A stretch of DNA of 64,000 nt from a virus (lineage: Duplodnaviria; Caudoviricetes): the IMG/VR virus record IMGVR_UViG_3300032007_000001, one strand, 5' to 3'. Each line of letters begins with the position of its first letter. Position 1 is the first letter of the stretch. The notes below the pieces were generated by a model. It searched no databases, was not told the origin of the DNA, and saw only the letters and a list, made by a program, of their open reading frames with translations. The position numbers were made by a program, and so were the translations under genes. This document shows positions 31,362-40,367 of the stretch, piece after piece.

Positions 31362-31834
31362 TGCTAAAGAAGATATTAGCATTAACGTTTTTCCTTGTTT
31401 TGATTGTATCAAATTGTCATGCAAAACCATTGACAAATATAAAATATGATGACTTTCCCTATCTTGTGGAAAGTCATCTTAATAACAAGATAGAACAATT
31501 TGAATTATATGAGCAAAGCAATAGCTTTGATATATATAAGATTACATTTAATGAATTGAACAACGATTCAAGAATGTATGTTGTCTTGAAAGACAATGAA
31601 TTTGTGCAGGTAATGTTTATAAATGTAACAGATAAAGCGAAACAATCTACATATAATAAAATAATGGCTTCACTTATTGTATTTGGATTTTCAGATAAAC
31701 AAGCAAAACATATGTTAGAAGAAGTATCTAAAACAGGTAATTATTACATGTGGAGCGAACAAGAATTGTTTTATATATCACTAGTTAAAAAGGAAATTAC
31801 AAATGGTGATGTATTTTACATTGTGAGGACATAA
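31361..31834 (+). CDS. secreted hypothetical protein
   Basis: signal peptide MLKKILALTFFLVLIVSNCHA. Confidence 0.7.
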   Translation: MLKKILALTFFLVLIVSNCHAKPLTNIKYDDFPYLVESHLNNKIEQFELYEQSNSFDIYKITFNELNNDSRMYVVLKDNEFVQVMFINVTDKAKQSTYNKIMASLIVFGFSDKQAKHMLEEVSKTGNYYMWSEQELFYISLVKKEITNGDVFYIVRT

Positions 31835-31836
31835 AT

Positions 31837-32301
31837 ATGAATAAAATTTTTTATCAATTGAAGAGAATATTTTTTAGTGGAAACAAAACATCGTTTTCGA
31901 TTAATAACAATTCAACAACAATTAATATAGCAAGTAGCATTATTAGAAAATTACATGATAATTATACTGATTTTGATTTGATAAAAACCGAATATGATGA
32001 TTCAATTCTTATTGATGGTGTAAAATCCGGAAAGGTATTTTCTATTTTTCTTAACAAGTCAAAAACATTTATTGATGAAATAACGATAGTGTCACATGGA
32101 GAATTTGATATTGACGCGTTAGTCAATCATATATTGAATGTTTTTGATATTCAAAACAATAAAAATTTGGAAGACGAACCATTATTTGAAAATGAAAAAA
32201 GGTATATAGATGTTTCTTATATGAGAGAATGTTTTGATGGATTATATCATAATATATATACATTAACAACATTAAGGAAAGGAAGAGAAATATGCCTGTA
32301 G
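31837..32301 (+). CDS. hypothetical protein
   Basis: 154 aa. Confidence 0.7.
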   Translation: MNKIFYQLKRIFFSGNKTSFSINNNSTTINIASSIIRKLHDNYTDFDLIKTEYDDSILIDGVKSGKVFSIFLNKSKTFIDEITIVSHGEFDIDALVNHILNVFDIQNNKNLEDEPLFENEKRYIDVSYMRECFDGLYHNIYTLTTLRKGREICL

Positions 32302-32843
32302 TACAAGATACAATGAATATGATAGATAAAATTCTATCATCAGACAAACAAATCAATATGGTGGAAATGGTAGAGAATCTTACAAAAGATGCTGAAGACA
32401 AGGAAGTCATGAAAGAATTAATGTGCTATTTTTTATTAGGATGTTTGAAAAAGAAGTTATCTTCCAATATAAGAGAAGATATAGTGAATAGTGTTGTAAA
32501 TGATATATCAGACCCCAAAGATGCAAAAGAAAAAGCAGAAGCAATACAAGAATTCATATATAATAAGGAAGACTTTGTAGAAACATTAAAGAAGTTGAAG
32601 AATGTAATAGATAACTCAAATAATTATACCAATGACAATGTGTTTGAAAAAGAATGCAATGATATAAATGAATTGATAAAACATAAACAATATATAAAAG
32701 CATTGGATTCTATATATAAATTCTATCCACAAATAAAGACTCTTGTAGAAAACGATTCAATAAATAAAACAACAGCAGTATCATTGGATAATACAATTAA
32801 TCAATTGGCAGATTTCTCATATATAAAGAAAGTAAAGGCTTGA
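32292..32843 (+). CDS. hypothetical helical protein
   Basis: 183 aa, terminator follows. Confidence 0.7.
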   Translation: MPVVQDTMNMIDKILSSDKQINMVEMVENLTKDAEDKEVMKELMCYFLLGCLKKKLSSNIREDIVNSVVNDISDPKDAKEKAEAIQEFIYNKEDFVETLKKLKNVIDNSNNYTNDNVFEKECNDINELIKHKQYIKALDSIYKFYPQIKTLVENDSINKTTAVSLDNTINQLADFSYIKKVKA

Positions 32844-32886
32844 GTGTTCAGGCCTTTTTATTTTGAAAATTTTTGTAAAAAAGGTA

Positions 32887-32915
32887 TTTACAATTTCGAA
32901 TTTCTGTGGTATAAT
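32887..32915 (+). promoter_or_regulatory. promoter for the tRNA-like gene
   Basis: TTTACA-N17-TATAAT with TGTGG. Confidence 0.85.
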
Positions 32916-32932
32916 TAAATCGTGGTTGAGGT

Positions 32933-33007
32933 CCGGATATGGTTCAATGGTAGAATGTGTGTTCGTATGAATGCGAGATATGTGTTCGATTCACATTATT
33001 CGGACCA
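32933..33007 (+). tRNA. tRNA-like RNA with aberrant anticodon arm (identity undetermined)
   Basis: acceptor CCGGATA/TATTCGG, A73, encoded CCA, D arm GTTC-AATGGTA-GAAT, T arm ATGTG-TTCGATT-CACAT; 8-nt loop TCGTATGA. Confidence 0.8.
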
Positions 33008-33040
33008 AATAAAAAAAATTAAAAAAATTGCAAAAAGGTA

Positions 33041-33069
33041 TTTACAAACTTGGAAATTTATGATATAAT
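33041..33069 (+). promoter_or_regulatory. promoter for the large ncRNA
   Basis: TTTACA-N17-TATAAT with TG. Confidence 0.8.
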
Positions 33070-33074
33070 CTAAT

Positions 33075-34075
33075 CACAGTCAAAGAACAAACAAACATAA
33101 ACCAAACCAATGAAATGTATTTGAAGGAGGTGTTCATCTTCTAAAGAGTGAACATTCGAAAAATCTAAAATTGAAATCAGCAAAAAAGAAAGAGAGAAAA
33201 GTAAAATGAAGAACATGGAGTACGGAAAGCACGCCGGGCGGTTTGAGACCGCTTAATCTCTAAAAAATTTAAATTAAAAAATTAAAGGGAATTGCTACCC
33301 TGATGAGTTATCGGATGCCGCGAATAAACCTGGCGCAACACGTCAATGGTATCGCGGTCGGCAATCCAGGACCACCGAAGCAAAATCTAAAAAGGATAAA
33401 TAGTAAAAATGCGACGATGTAAAAAGAACTCCTGAGACGATAACAGGACATAAACATCTGAAAAAACATTAGAATAAATATAATTTGAAAAAGAGCCGGC
33501 CGGTCCATCGAAGGCCCGACCGGCCACAGCGGGGGAGATTCCCCGGATAATAGCGGCGGACATGCCAACGTGCGCAACAGCCGCAAAGACCGCACCATGA
33601 AGAGTGCAAAACAGAAGCCAAACTATACATGCTTCGGAAAGGAACACATATCGATGGCTAAAATCGACTACGGTTAGGTACTTTAACTACTAATAAATTG
33701 AAAAATTTAGCGAGACGCCGAATTTGCCAATGGCCGCATTTGGCTAGAACGACTAGCAACTTGGCCCGAAGATATGGCAAAAGCGAAACGACAAGGAAGA
33801 AGTCATAAAAACCGTACACCTAACCGCCGGGGAGAATTGCAAAAGTGGTTGCAAACATTTTTGCATGGCTTAAGAGAACGCAATCCTGTTATTTTTGGTG
33901 TTAGACAGGAAATGCATCTAGTGCGGAAGATTGAAGGTGATGGAGCAGCCTTCACATTGGTGAACGCCATAAAGAAAATCCCAATGGTAAGTCTCCCAAG
34001 TCCGAAGCGTGGTTCTCAGTGGGAACGCATAGCTCGGCAAGCGCGGCCTTGCTAAGAGCGGTCGCGGAATATGAA
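33075..34075 (+). ncRNA. candidate large ornate ncRNA
   Basis: ~1 kb GC-enriched region with no credible long ORF; dense hairpins and pseudoknot-type pairings between promoter and terminator. Confidence 0.7.
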
Positions 34076-34077
34076 AA

Positions 34078-34106
34078 AAACCGACGGATTAATCTCCGTC
34101 GGTTTC
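34078..34106. terminator. terminator hairpin
   Basis: AAACCGACGGA-TTAATC-TCCGTCGGTTT. Confidence 0.85.
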
Positions 34107-34322
34107 GTATTTTCTGAGTCTTTTGAATTTTGTACGGTAATTCCCACTTTTTATATATTTAGTAAGTAATACTTCAAATGGTGGATTTTCATCATCTTCT
34201 TCCACCGTTTCTTTTTCTTTAGGTGTATTCCAATCATATTGTCTTACATAATTATCATATCTCATATATGGTGATACTGGCATAATTGGCGATATGTCTG
34301 ATTCTTTAATTATCTCATCCAT
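34089..34322 (-). CDS. hypothetical protein
   Basis: 77 aa, AAGGAG RBS. Confidence 0.6.
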   Translation of the reverse strand: MDEIIKESDISPIMPVSPYMRYDNYVRQYDWNTPKEKETVEEDDENPPFEVLLTKYIKSGNYRTKFKRLRKYETDGD

Positions 34323-34347
34323 TTTTTTACTCCTTCCTATTTACATT

Positions 34348-34713
34348 TCATTCATTCTGTGGTATAATTTCATTGTCGGAATTATCTTCCGATTCATTTT
34401 CTGATTCTAAATCTTCTTTGAATTTCTTAAAAACATTTGCCCAACCAGATATAAACATACTCATATTGGAAAAATCATATTCCAATTTATTATCACTGTC
34501 TTTTTGTGTAATGAGCATATGTAATTTTTGGTTATTGTCTACAGGCAAAATATTGTTACTTACACCTGAATTTATGATAAGTTCAAAGTCTCCATCTTGT
34601 TTATAGTAAGAATCGAAATTATTGACAGTTTTTGCAATGAACCCATAACTTTCCATATAACTTTTTATATCCGGATTTTCATTAAAAGCAAATTTTCTTA
34701 TAAGATGTTTCAT
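34348..34713 (-). CDS. acidic hypothetical protein, MKHLIRKFA N-terminus
   Basis: 121 aa. Confidence 0.7.
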   Translation of the reverse strand: MKHLIRKFAFNENPDIKSYMESYGFIAKTVNNFDSYYKQDGDFELIINSGVSNNILPVDNNQKLHMLITQKDSDNKLEYDFSNMSMFISGWANVFKKFKEDLESENESEDNSDNEIIPQNE

Positions 34714-34757
34714 GAATTTTCACTCCCAATTATTGAATAGAATTGGAGGTATAAATA

Positions 34758-35909
34758 ATGTATAATAATGAAGAACTTATGGAAATTTTTGAAGAAAATA
34801 TTTACGTTGCAAAAATTATGGCACAAGAAAAAATTATCGAGTGCTTAAAAAATAATCAATTGAACAAAAATAATGATTTCAAGATGCATTTTGAAATTGG
34901 CAATTTGCATTTTTTTGTGTATGATGTGTCCCGCAGCAGCGTCGCTCAATTTAACGATATTTCAAGAACGTATACTGAAATCCTCGAATGCATGGAAAAC
35001 AATACTTATGTTATTTCAATCGACATTTATGATATGGAAACAATGAAAATGAGCGTTGTAAACACATTGTTTCTTGTACAATATAAAGATACTTATGTTG
35101 GAACGTATTTCAATTGGGAAAATGCATACTCGTCACTTTCTGTTTGGAAAACCAATTATCTTTGTTCAGAAACGCATTTGATGCTAAAAGAATTTGATAA
35201 CGGAATACATTATGGTTTACATTCGCGCTATTTTGTGAAAGAATATGAAACTTTCAAATTTGTAATTGAATCTTCAAATACGTCAGATGGTGTAATTCCT
35301 AATTATAGTTTTAGGTATTATATCGTATTCCCATATTTCAATATCATTATCAACCGTAACGAAATTTTGGAAATGCTTAATTTTGATGATGAGATTTGCG
35401 ATTTGATTAGAAGTCTTTATATGCCAATCGAAGATTTGTCAAAAGAACAAAAGAAAAACATTGTCAATTTTCTTGGAAGAACTGTAAATATTCTATTTAA
35501 TCCGCTTGCATCTTTTAAGAGAATTTCAGTACATGTACATAGTGTATTTGACAATTGTTTTGTTTTGAAAAATAAAGATAATGAATCAAATGAAACGATA
35601 AAAGAAAAACATAAATTGTTTAGCAATATGATTTTGAGAAAAGCACAAGGCATGAAAAAATGTAATGTAGATGAACTCAAAAGGCAGAATCCGATTATGT
35701 CTTCTTATAATGTAATTGATTTTGATATTGGAGGTGTTATAGAGGATAATAAGGAAAATAAAGAATTTATGTATGTAAAAACTAGACTTGGGAATATAGC
35801 ATTTAGTTGTTATGAAAATGTTTTTCAACGTCACAAGAAGATTATAGAAGACAAATACGAAAAATTCAAATATACACAAAAAAAGTTGAATAGCAAAAAT
35901 TTTAATTGA
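34758..35909 (+). CDS. hypothetical protein
   Basis: 383 aa, GGAGG RBS. Confidence 0.75.
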   Translation: MYNNEELMEIFEENIYVAKIMAQEKIIECLKNNQLNKNNDFKMHFEIGNLHFFVYDVSRSSVAQFNDISRTYTEILECMENNTYVISIDIYDMETMKMSVVNTLFLVQYKDTYVGTYFNWENAYSSLSVWKTNYLCSETHLMLKEFDNGIHYGLHSRYFVKEYETFKFVIESSNTSDGVIPNYSFRYYIVFPYFNIIINRNEILEMLNFDDEICDLIRSLYMPIEDLSKEQKKNIVNFLGRTVNILFNPLASFKRISVHVHSVFDNCFVLKNKDNESNETIKEKHKLFSNMILRKAQGMKKCNVDELKRQNPIMSSYNVIDFDIGGVIEDNKENKEFMYVKTRLGNIAFSCYENVFQRHKKIIEDKYEKFKYTQKKLNSKNFN

Positions 35910-35953
35910 ATAGTTTATTTGACTTATTTGATAATTAAAAAAGTTTTATTCAC

Positions 35954-35997
35954 AATTCAAGTTTGTATAACAAATCTTATATTTACAAACTTGAATT
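35954..35997. repeat. 14-bp perfect inverted repeat over a promoter -35
   Basis: AATTCAAGTTTGTA ... TACAAACTTGAATT. Confidence 0.8.
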
Positions 35998-36100
35998 TTT
36001 TATTTATTATAATTACAAAACAAGCACAGTGCACGGTGCTTGGTGGGGAAAAGAAAAAATGAATGGAATATATGAAAGTCGTTAAAGGAGGAAGTTCCAA

Positions 36101-36568
36101 ATGATTACAAAAGAAGACCTCGGCAAGTATGTCGAATCTGGAAAACACGGGGTTACTAAGCATCAGTTGATTCCGGCCGTTATCGCTCACATTAAAAACA
36201 AAGATGTTATCAATGCTTTGCATAAGACGTATCCCAATACATTCAAATCTGCATTCAGGTATTTCAAGAAAAATATGAAAGCTGAAATCATCAAAGTTCT
36301 TGGTACTGACCCGAGCAAAACATCGGCAGAGGAATTGGCTTTGATTCAAGAACTGAAGCCGAATCGTAAGGGGGTGTCAATGCATCAGATTATTGATTTT
36401 GTCGAAACCAATGTTGCGAATAGCAAATTCGATAAGATTATTTTGGTGCAGAAGCATTTCCCCGAGTATTACAAGAGAGCTCAGCGATATATGAAGCGTC
36501 AAACACAGGATAAGATTAAGGCATTTTCTGCGGCTAAGAAAGCGACAAAGATGGCGAAAAAAGCGTAA
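36101..36568 (+). CDS. protein with two GVTxHQ repeats (paralog of 25170)
   Basis: GVTKHQLIPA, GVSMHQIID, KHFPEY. Confidence 0.8.
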   Translation: MITKEDLGKYVESGKHGVTKHQLIPAVIAHIKNKDVINALHKTYPNTFKSAFRYFKKNMKAEIIKVLGTDPSKTSAEELALIQELKPNRKGVSMHQIIDFVETNVANSKFDKIILVQKHFPEYYKRAQRYMKRQTQDKIKAFSAAKKATKMAKKA

Positions 36569-36576
36569 ATCCAATT

Positions 36577-36613
36577 AAAAACAAGAGCGGCTAATTGGCC
36601 GCTCTTTTGTTTT
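36577..36613 (+). terminator. intrinsic terminator
   Basis: AAGAGCGGCT-AATT-GGCCGCTCTT plus T tract. Confidence 0.8.
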
Positions 36614-36649
36614 GTGAAAATTAAAATTTTGTATATCGCCTAAAATAAT

Positions 36650-37054
36650 ATGGGTGATATTATGGTAGAAGGCGAAGAAAATTTATTTCATATTTATGGG
36701 ATAAAAAATGATTTAACAAATAAATTTTTTTATATTGGTTGTACGACACAAGAATTACATAGAAGATTATATCAACATGCAAATGATTCTAAGAGCGCTG
36801 CATATGATAAAATTCAAGAAATAGGAGAATGCAATGTTTCTATTGTATTACTAAAAGACTATTATGGTATGATAGAAGAGGCGCATTTTATTGAAGGAGA
36901 ATATACGAAACTTTATAACGAAGATAATGAATTATTTAATAAAAAATTTGGAGACGTTTACTTTGAAGGCTTTAAGACAAAAATAAGAAAGCCTAAAAAG
37001 AATAGTCATGGAATCGATGTTTTACTGAAATACGCAAATCAAAAGCAGGCATAA
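36650..37054 (+). CDS. GIY-YIG nuclease
   Basis: HIYGI...FYIGCT...RRLYQH...E...N. Confidence 0.8.
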   Translation: MGDIMVEGEENLFHIYGIKNDLTNKFFYIGCTTQELHRRLYQHANDSKSAAYDKIQEIGECNVSIVLLKDYYGMIEEAHFIEGEYTKLYNEDNELFNKKFGDVYFEGFKTKIRKPKKNSHGIDVLLKYANQKQA

Positions 37055-37161
37055 CGCCTGCTTTTAATATTTAATCATAATATAACATATCATCACCAAA
37101 ATTATGTTTAATTCTATTTAATAAAAAGTTTTGTATTTTTTAATTAAGAAGGTGAAATATT

Positions 37162-37788
37162 TTGTTAAATAAATTAAAAAAATTAATCATAAAAACAAGT
37201 AACTTAATTAAAAAGAGAATTATAAAGTCTGAACTTAAAAAATTAGCAGAATTTATAGAAGACTTAAAGAAAGAAACAATGTTGCAACAATATTTTGTAA
37301 CGAAAGAAGATTATGAAAAAGAAAAACAAGATGTTTTAGATAAAGGAAAACCTTTTTATGAAGAACAACTTCCTAATTGGTACGAAATAACGTCAATTGT
37401 TGAAACATTATATATGTATCAATTACCTCCAAATGGAATTAATAATGTGTTATTAGCCAGATGTTATGTAGTGGAATTAAGAAATAAAGGAATAAATGAA
37501 CCAGTTTGTATAGCCGGTTTGTATGAAATAGATAAAAATGATAATATTACTAATAATTTAATTGGTACTAAGATTTTTAAGAATATGGATTTAGTTAATA
37601 CGGTTAATGAAATAATAAAAACAGGTATGGTTGGAAAAGGTAGAATTTATATAACAAATAAAGAAATTTATAAAAATTTTAAGGTATTTAGGGAATATAT
37701 AAAAGAACAAATAGATAATAGAAATAAAAACATAATTATAAAAAATCCAAAAACTATTTACAAAACGATAAAAATGTGGTATAATTAA
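37162..37788 (+). CDS. hypothetical protein
   Basis: 208 aa, basic N-terminus. Confidence 0.65.
   Translation: MLNKLKKLIIKTSNLIKKRIIKSELKKLAEFIEDLKKETMLQQYFVTKEDYEKEKQDVLDKGKPFYEEQLPNWYEITSIVETLYMYQLPPNGINNVLLARCYVVELRNKGINEPVCIAGLYEIDKNDNITNNLIGTKIFKNMDLVNTVNEIIKTGMVGKGRIYITNKEIYKNFKVFREYIKEQIDNRNKNIIIKNPKTIYKTIKMWYN
37749..37785 (+). promoter_or_regulatory. early-type promoter inside the 3' end of a gene
   Basis: AAAAACTA-TTTACA-N17-TATAAT, TGTGG. Confidence 0.8.
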
Positions 37789-37796
37789 TACGAGAG

Positions 37797-38219
37797 GTGA
37801 TAAATATGAATAATGCTCTCGTAAAAGAAATAAATAAAATGAAAAAGGCTTTGGAAAAATTTATCTATAAAAAAGCTAAAATTTGTTTATATTTTACTCA
37901 TAATGATGGTGAAATAGCACACCGTATGCCGTTTTCATTCGGAATATGTAATAAATATGGTGCAAAATTCGAGTATAGAATGCACTATATGGAAGATTAT
38001 GACTTTAATATAGAATTTTCCAGTTATCAATCTGACCATTATGAAATAAAAATAGACCAAAGTCAATTGCTTTCAAAACATTATGTAAAAATAGAAATCT
38101 ATTTCATGGATGAAATAGAAGATACAAAGACTTTTTATGAAGTATTTGATACATGGTGTGAAAAATTTGAAAAATACAAAAAATATGAAGGCCCAATTCA
38201 ATTAGATATAGAATATTAA
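37797..38219 (+). CDS. hypothetical protein
   Basis: 140 aa. Confidence 0.7.
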   Translation: MINMNNALVKEINKMKKALEKFIYKKAKICLYFTHNDGEIAHRMPFSFGICNKYGAKFEYRMHYMEDYDFNIEFSSYQSDHYEIKIDQSQLLSKHYVKIEIYFMDEIEDTKTFYEVFDTWCEKFEKYKKYEGPIQLDIEY

Positions 38220-38280
38220 AATGCTCAAAGAGATGGATGAAAATTCATCTCTTTTTAATTTACGAAATTGTCTGATTCTA

Positions 38281-38309
38281 TTTACAAAATAAAATTTTTA
38301 TGATAAAAT
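38281..38309 (+). promoter_or_regulatory. promoter for the GL-protein operon
   Basis: TTTACA-N17-TAAAAT with TG. Confidence 0.7.
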
Positions 38310-38340
38310 TAAACAAAAATCAATTTGTAAAGGTATAAAC

Positions 38341-38694
38341 ATGTTATATAAAATATACGAATACAAAAGCAGAACAAACAATTATAGAAATTATGTTTTC
38401 AAAACAATGATAGATGATTATTTTGTTGTCTTAAAATTTGTTATTCAAGATAATCATTTTATATTAGAATTTACAGTTGATAAAGAAGTTGATTGGGATA
38501 CGTTATGCGTTTGTTCCACAGATATTCAGTATTATAAATCATGGAAAAATGTTATCAAATTGAAAAAACAAAAAATAGATATAAATGACTTCAATGGTTC
38601 ACATAAAATTTTGATGTCTGAAAGAAGAATACAAACATGCGAAGATATCATTAATTTTGCTTTCAAAAAAATGTTTATATTTTTTGGTTTATAG
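38341..38694 (+). CDS. GL-tail protein
   Basis: ends FIFFGL. Confidence 0.72.
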   Translation: MLYKIYEYKSRTNNYRNYVFKTMIDDYFVVLKFVIQDNHFILEFTVDKEVDWDTLCVCSTDIQYYKSWKNVIKLKKQKIDINDFNGSHKILMSERRIQTCEDIINFAFKKMFIFFGL

Positions 38695-38703
38695 AAGGTA
38701 TTT

Positions 38704-38961
38704 ATGTTCATAAGAGATATCAACGAAAATTCATTTCCGTTTGAAATCAGTTATGACACGTATATGATGAATGGTTGGTTCATTGTCTCTTATAGTAAGA
38801 AAAATGGTAAAATCATTAAATATCATTTTTTGAAAGAGAAATATTTAATTAACGATGAAAATAATGTAAATAATATTCTTAATTTAATTGCTGGTAAAGA
38901 CATGAAAAAGCATTGTCTAGAAAAATTTAATAAGGAAATTATAAAAAATTTTGGTTTGTAG
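38704..38961 (+). CDS. GL-tail protein
   Basis: ends IKNFGL. Confidence 0.72.
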   Translation: MFIRDINENSFPFEISYDTYMMNGWFIVSYSKKNGKIIKYHFLKEKYLINDENNVNNILNLIAGKDMKKHCLEKFNKEIIKNFGL

Positions 38962-38963
38962 TT

Positions 38964-39263
38964 ATGAAAACTAATGTTAAACGTAAAAAAATGTTATATA
39001 CAAAAACGTACAGAGAAATCTTTATTGAGAAATTTGGAGAAATTGAGGTATCTTATTGTTTATTTCCAAAATTTAGCATTTTTAAGGTGAAAAAAGGAAA
39101 ACTTGTAGCTACTACAAATATGGTAGAAGATGCTTTCATGGAAAAAGATATTCTTTTAGCAGAAGATTTTGATAGTGAATATTTAACGATAAGTCAATTA
39201 AGAAAAATGAAGAAATATATGAATGTATTTGTTGAACATTTGGCAATATTTTTTGGATTGTAA
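38964..39263 (+). CDS. GL-tail protein
   Basis: ends AIFFGL. Confidence 0.72.
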   Translation: MKTNVKRKKMLYTKTYREIFIEKFGEIEVSYCLFPKFSIFKVKKGKLVATTNMVEDAFMEKDILLAEDFDSEYLTISQLRKMKKYMNVFVEHLAIFFGL

Positions 39264-39277
39264 ATGGAGGATTAACG

Positions 39278-39697
39278 ATGAATGTTTTGAGGAAAACGTA
39301 TTTTTCTGGTGCAATAAAAGATTTGTCATTAATGAAATCAAAAATCTATTGTTCGTTACTTCCAAAAAATACAAAAAAATATTTCAATCATGATTTTAAG
39401 GCTGCATGCAAAGCTTATTCTAAAAATAATAAATACGTAAGTTCATTTACTGGAATTTATTCAAATGATAAAACTGATATTTTGCATGTAGTTATTGAAA
39501 GTAATGACAATACAGTTACTTCTTTTTATGTTATGTATGATATGAAAGAGATGAAAGAAAAACAAATTGACATTAATAAAATCATCAATAAAAGTGATGA
39601 TTTTTCTTTGACTATGATTAAGTTATACAACATTCATTTGTATAATATAAAACGCCTTGCGAAGAAAGAGAAAAAAGATGGATTTTACAAAAAGTAA
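39278..39697 (+). CDS. hypothetical protein
   Basis: 139 aa, GGAGG RBS. Confidence 0.7.
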   Translation: MNVLRKTYFSGAIKDLSLMKSKIYCSLLPKNTKKYFNHDFKAACKAYSKNNKYVSSFTGIYSNDKTDILHVVIESNDNTVTSFYVMYDMKEMKEKQIDINKIINKSDDFSLTMIKLYNIHLYNIKRLAKKEKKDGFYKK

Positions 39698-40001
39698 AAA
39701 CGAATTTGTTTTTATTAAGCAAACAATTGATAGATATATTGTTGTGAAATTCAATTTAATGCGCAATAATGTTTATGTCAATTTATATGTTGATAAAGAT
39801 GAAAATATTTCTTTCGCATATGGACATTCACCGATTGCTCATTTTTTTAAGGTTTTGGAATATACAGAATGGCTTTCATATTTGGAAATTTCAACGTTTG
39901 CAAATAGGTCAAGAAAGAAGCAATCAAAATTCGTTATGGATTACTATAATGACATTTTGAACGAAGCGGTTAAAGAATTGTATATTTATTGGGGATTATG
40001 A
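39657..40001 (+). CDS. GL-tail protein
   Basis: ends YIYWGL; start probably the internal ATG. Confidence 0.72.
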   Translation: MRRKRKKMDFTKSKNEFVFIKQTIDRYIVVKFNLMRNNVYVNLYVDKDENISFAYGHSPIAHFFKVLEYTEWLSYLEISTFANRSRKKQSKFVMDYYNDILNEAVKELYIYWGL

Positions 40002-40036
40002 AATGCAAAAAATTATCAGTATATTTTGGGCTGTGA
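39998..40036 (+). CDS. 12-aa mini-ORF MKCKKLSVYFGL (tail-only peptide or remnant)
   Basis: ATGA-coupled to the upstream stop; read directly from the sequence. Confidence 0.45.
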   Translation: MKCKKLSVYFGL

Positions 40037-40040
40037 TAAA

Positions 40041-40367
40041 ATGCTTGTAAATGATAATTTCATAAAAATAGATTTTGAGATAATTTATGGTTTGGGGTCA
40101 ATGCCGTGTTTGGTCTTGCTTGCAAAAATAGAGTATGATAATCAATTTTTTAATTTGATTGTAAATCATACATCTGATGGATGTTATGTAACGTTTAATT
40201 CCAATAAATGCATGCATCATTTTACAATCAACGAATCTGCTCATCTTATGACAATAACAGATAATGACATCAATACGTTAAGAAGAAAAAATATGCCAGC
40301 TGCACAATCGTTGTTTTTATATAATTATGTATTTGAATGTTGTCTAATGAAATGTTTGGGGTTATGA
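40041..40367 (+). CDS. GL-tail protein
   Basis: ends MKCLGL. Confidence 0.72.
   Translation: MLVNDNFIKIDFEIIYGLGSMPCLVLLAKIEYDNQFFNLIVNHTSDGCYVTFNSNKCMHHFTINESAHLMTITDNDINTLRRKNMPAAQSLFLYNYVFECCLMKCLGL

Noticed and set aside
33300-33330. CTGATGAG hammerhead-like core
   Set aside because: No GAAA after a closing stem II and no stem I/III arrangement found.
33774-34055. 93-aa ORF (and minus ORFs 33308-33598, 33387-33647) in the GC-rich island
   Set aside because: No RBS, atypical composition, and it coincides with dense RNA stems; better explained as ncRNA.
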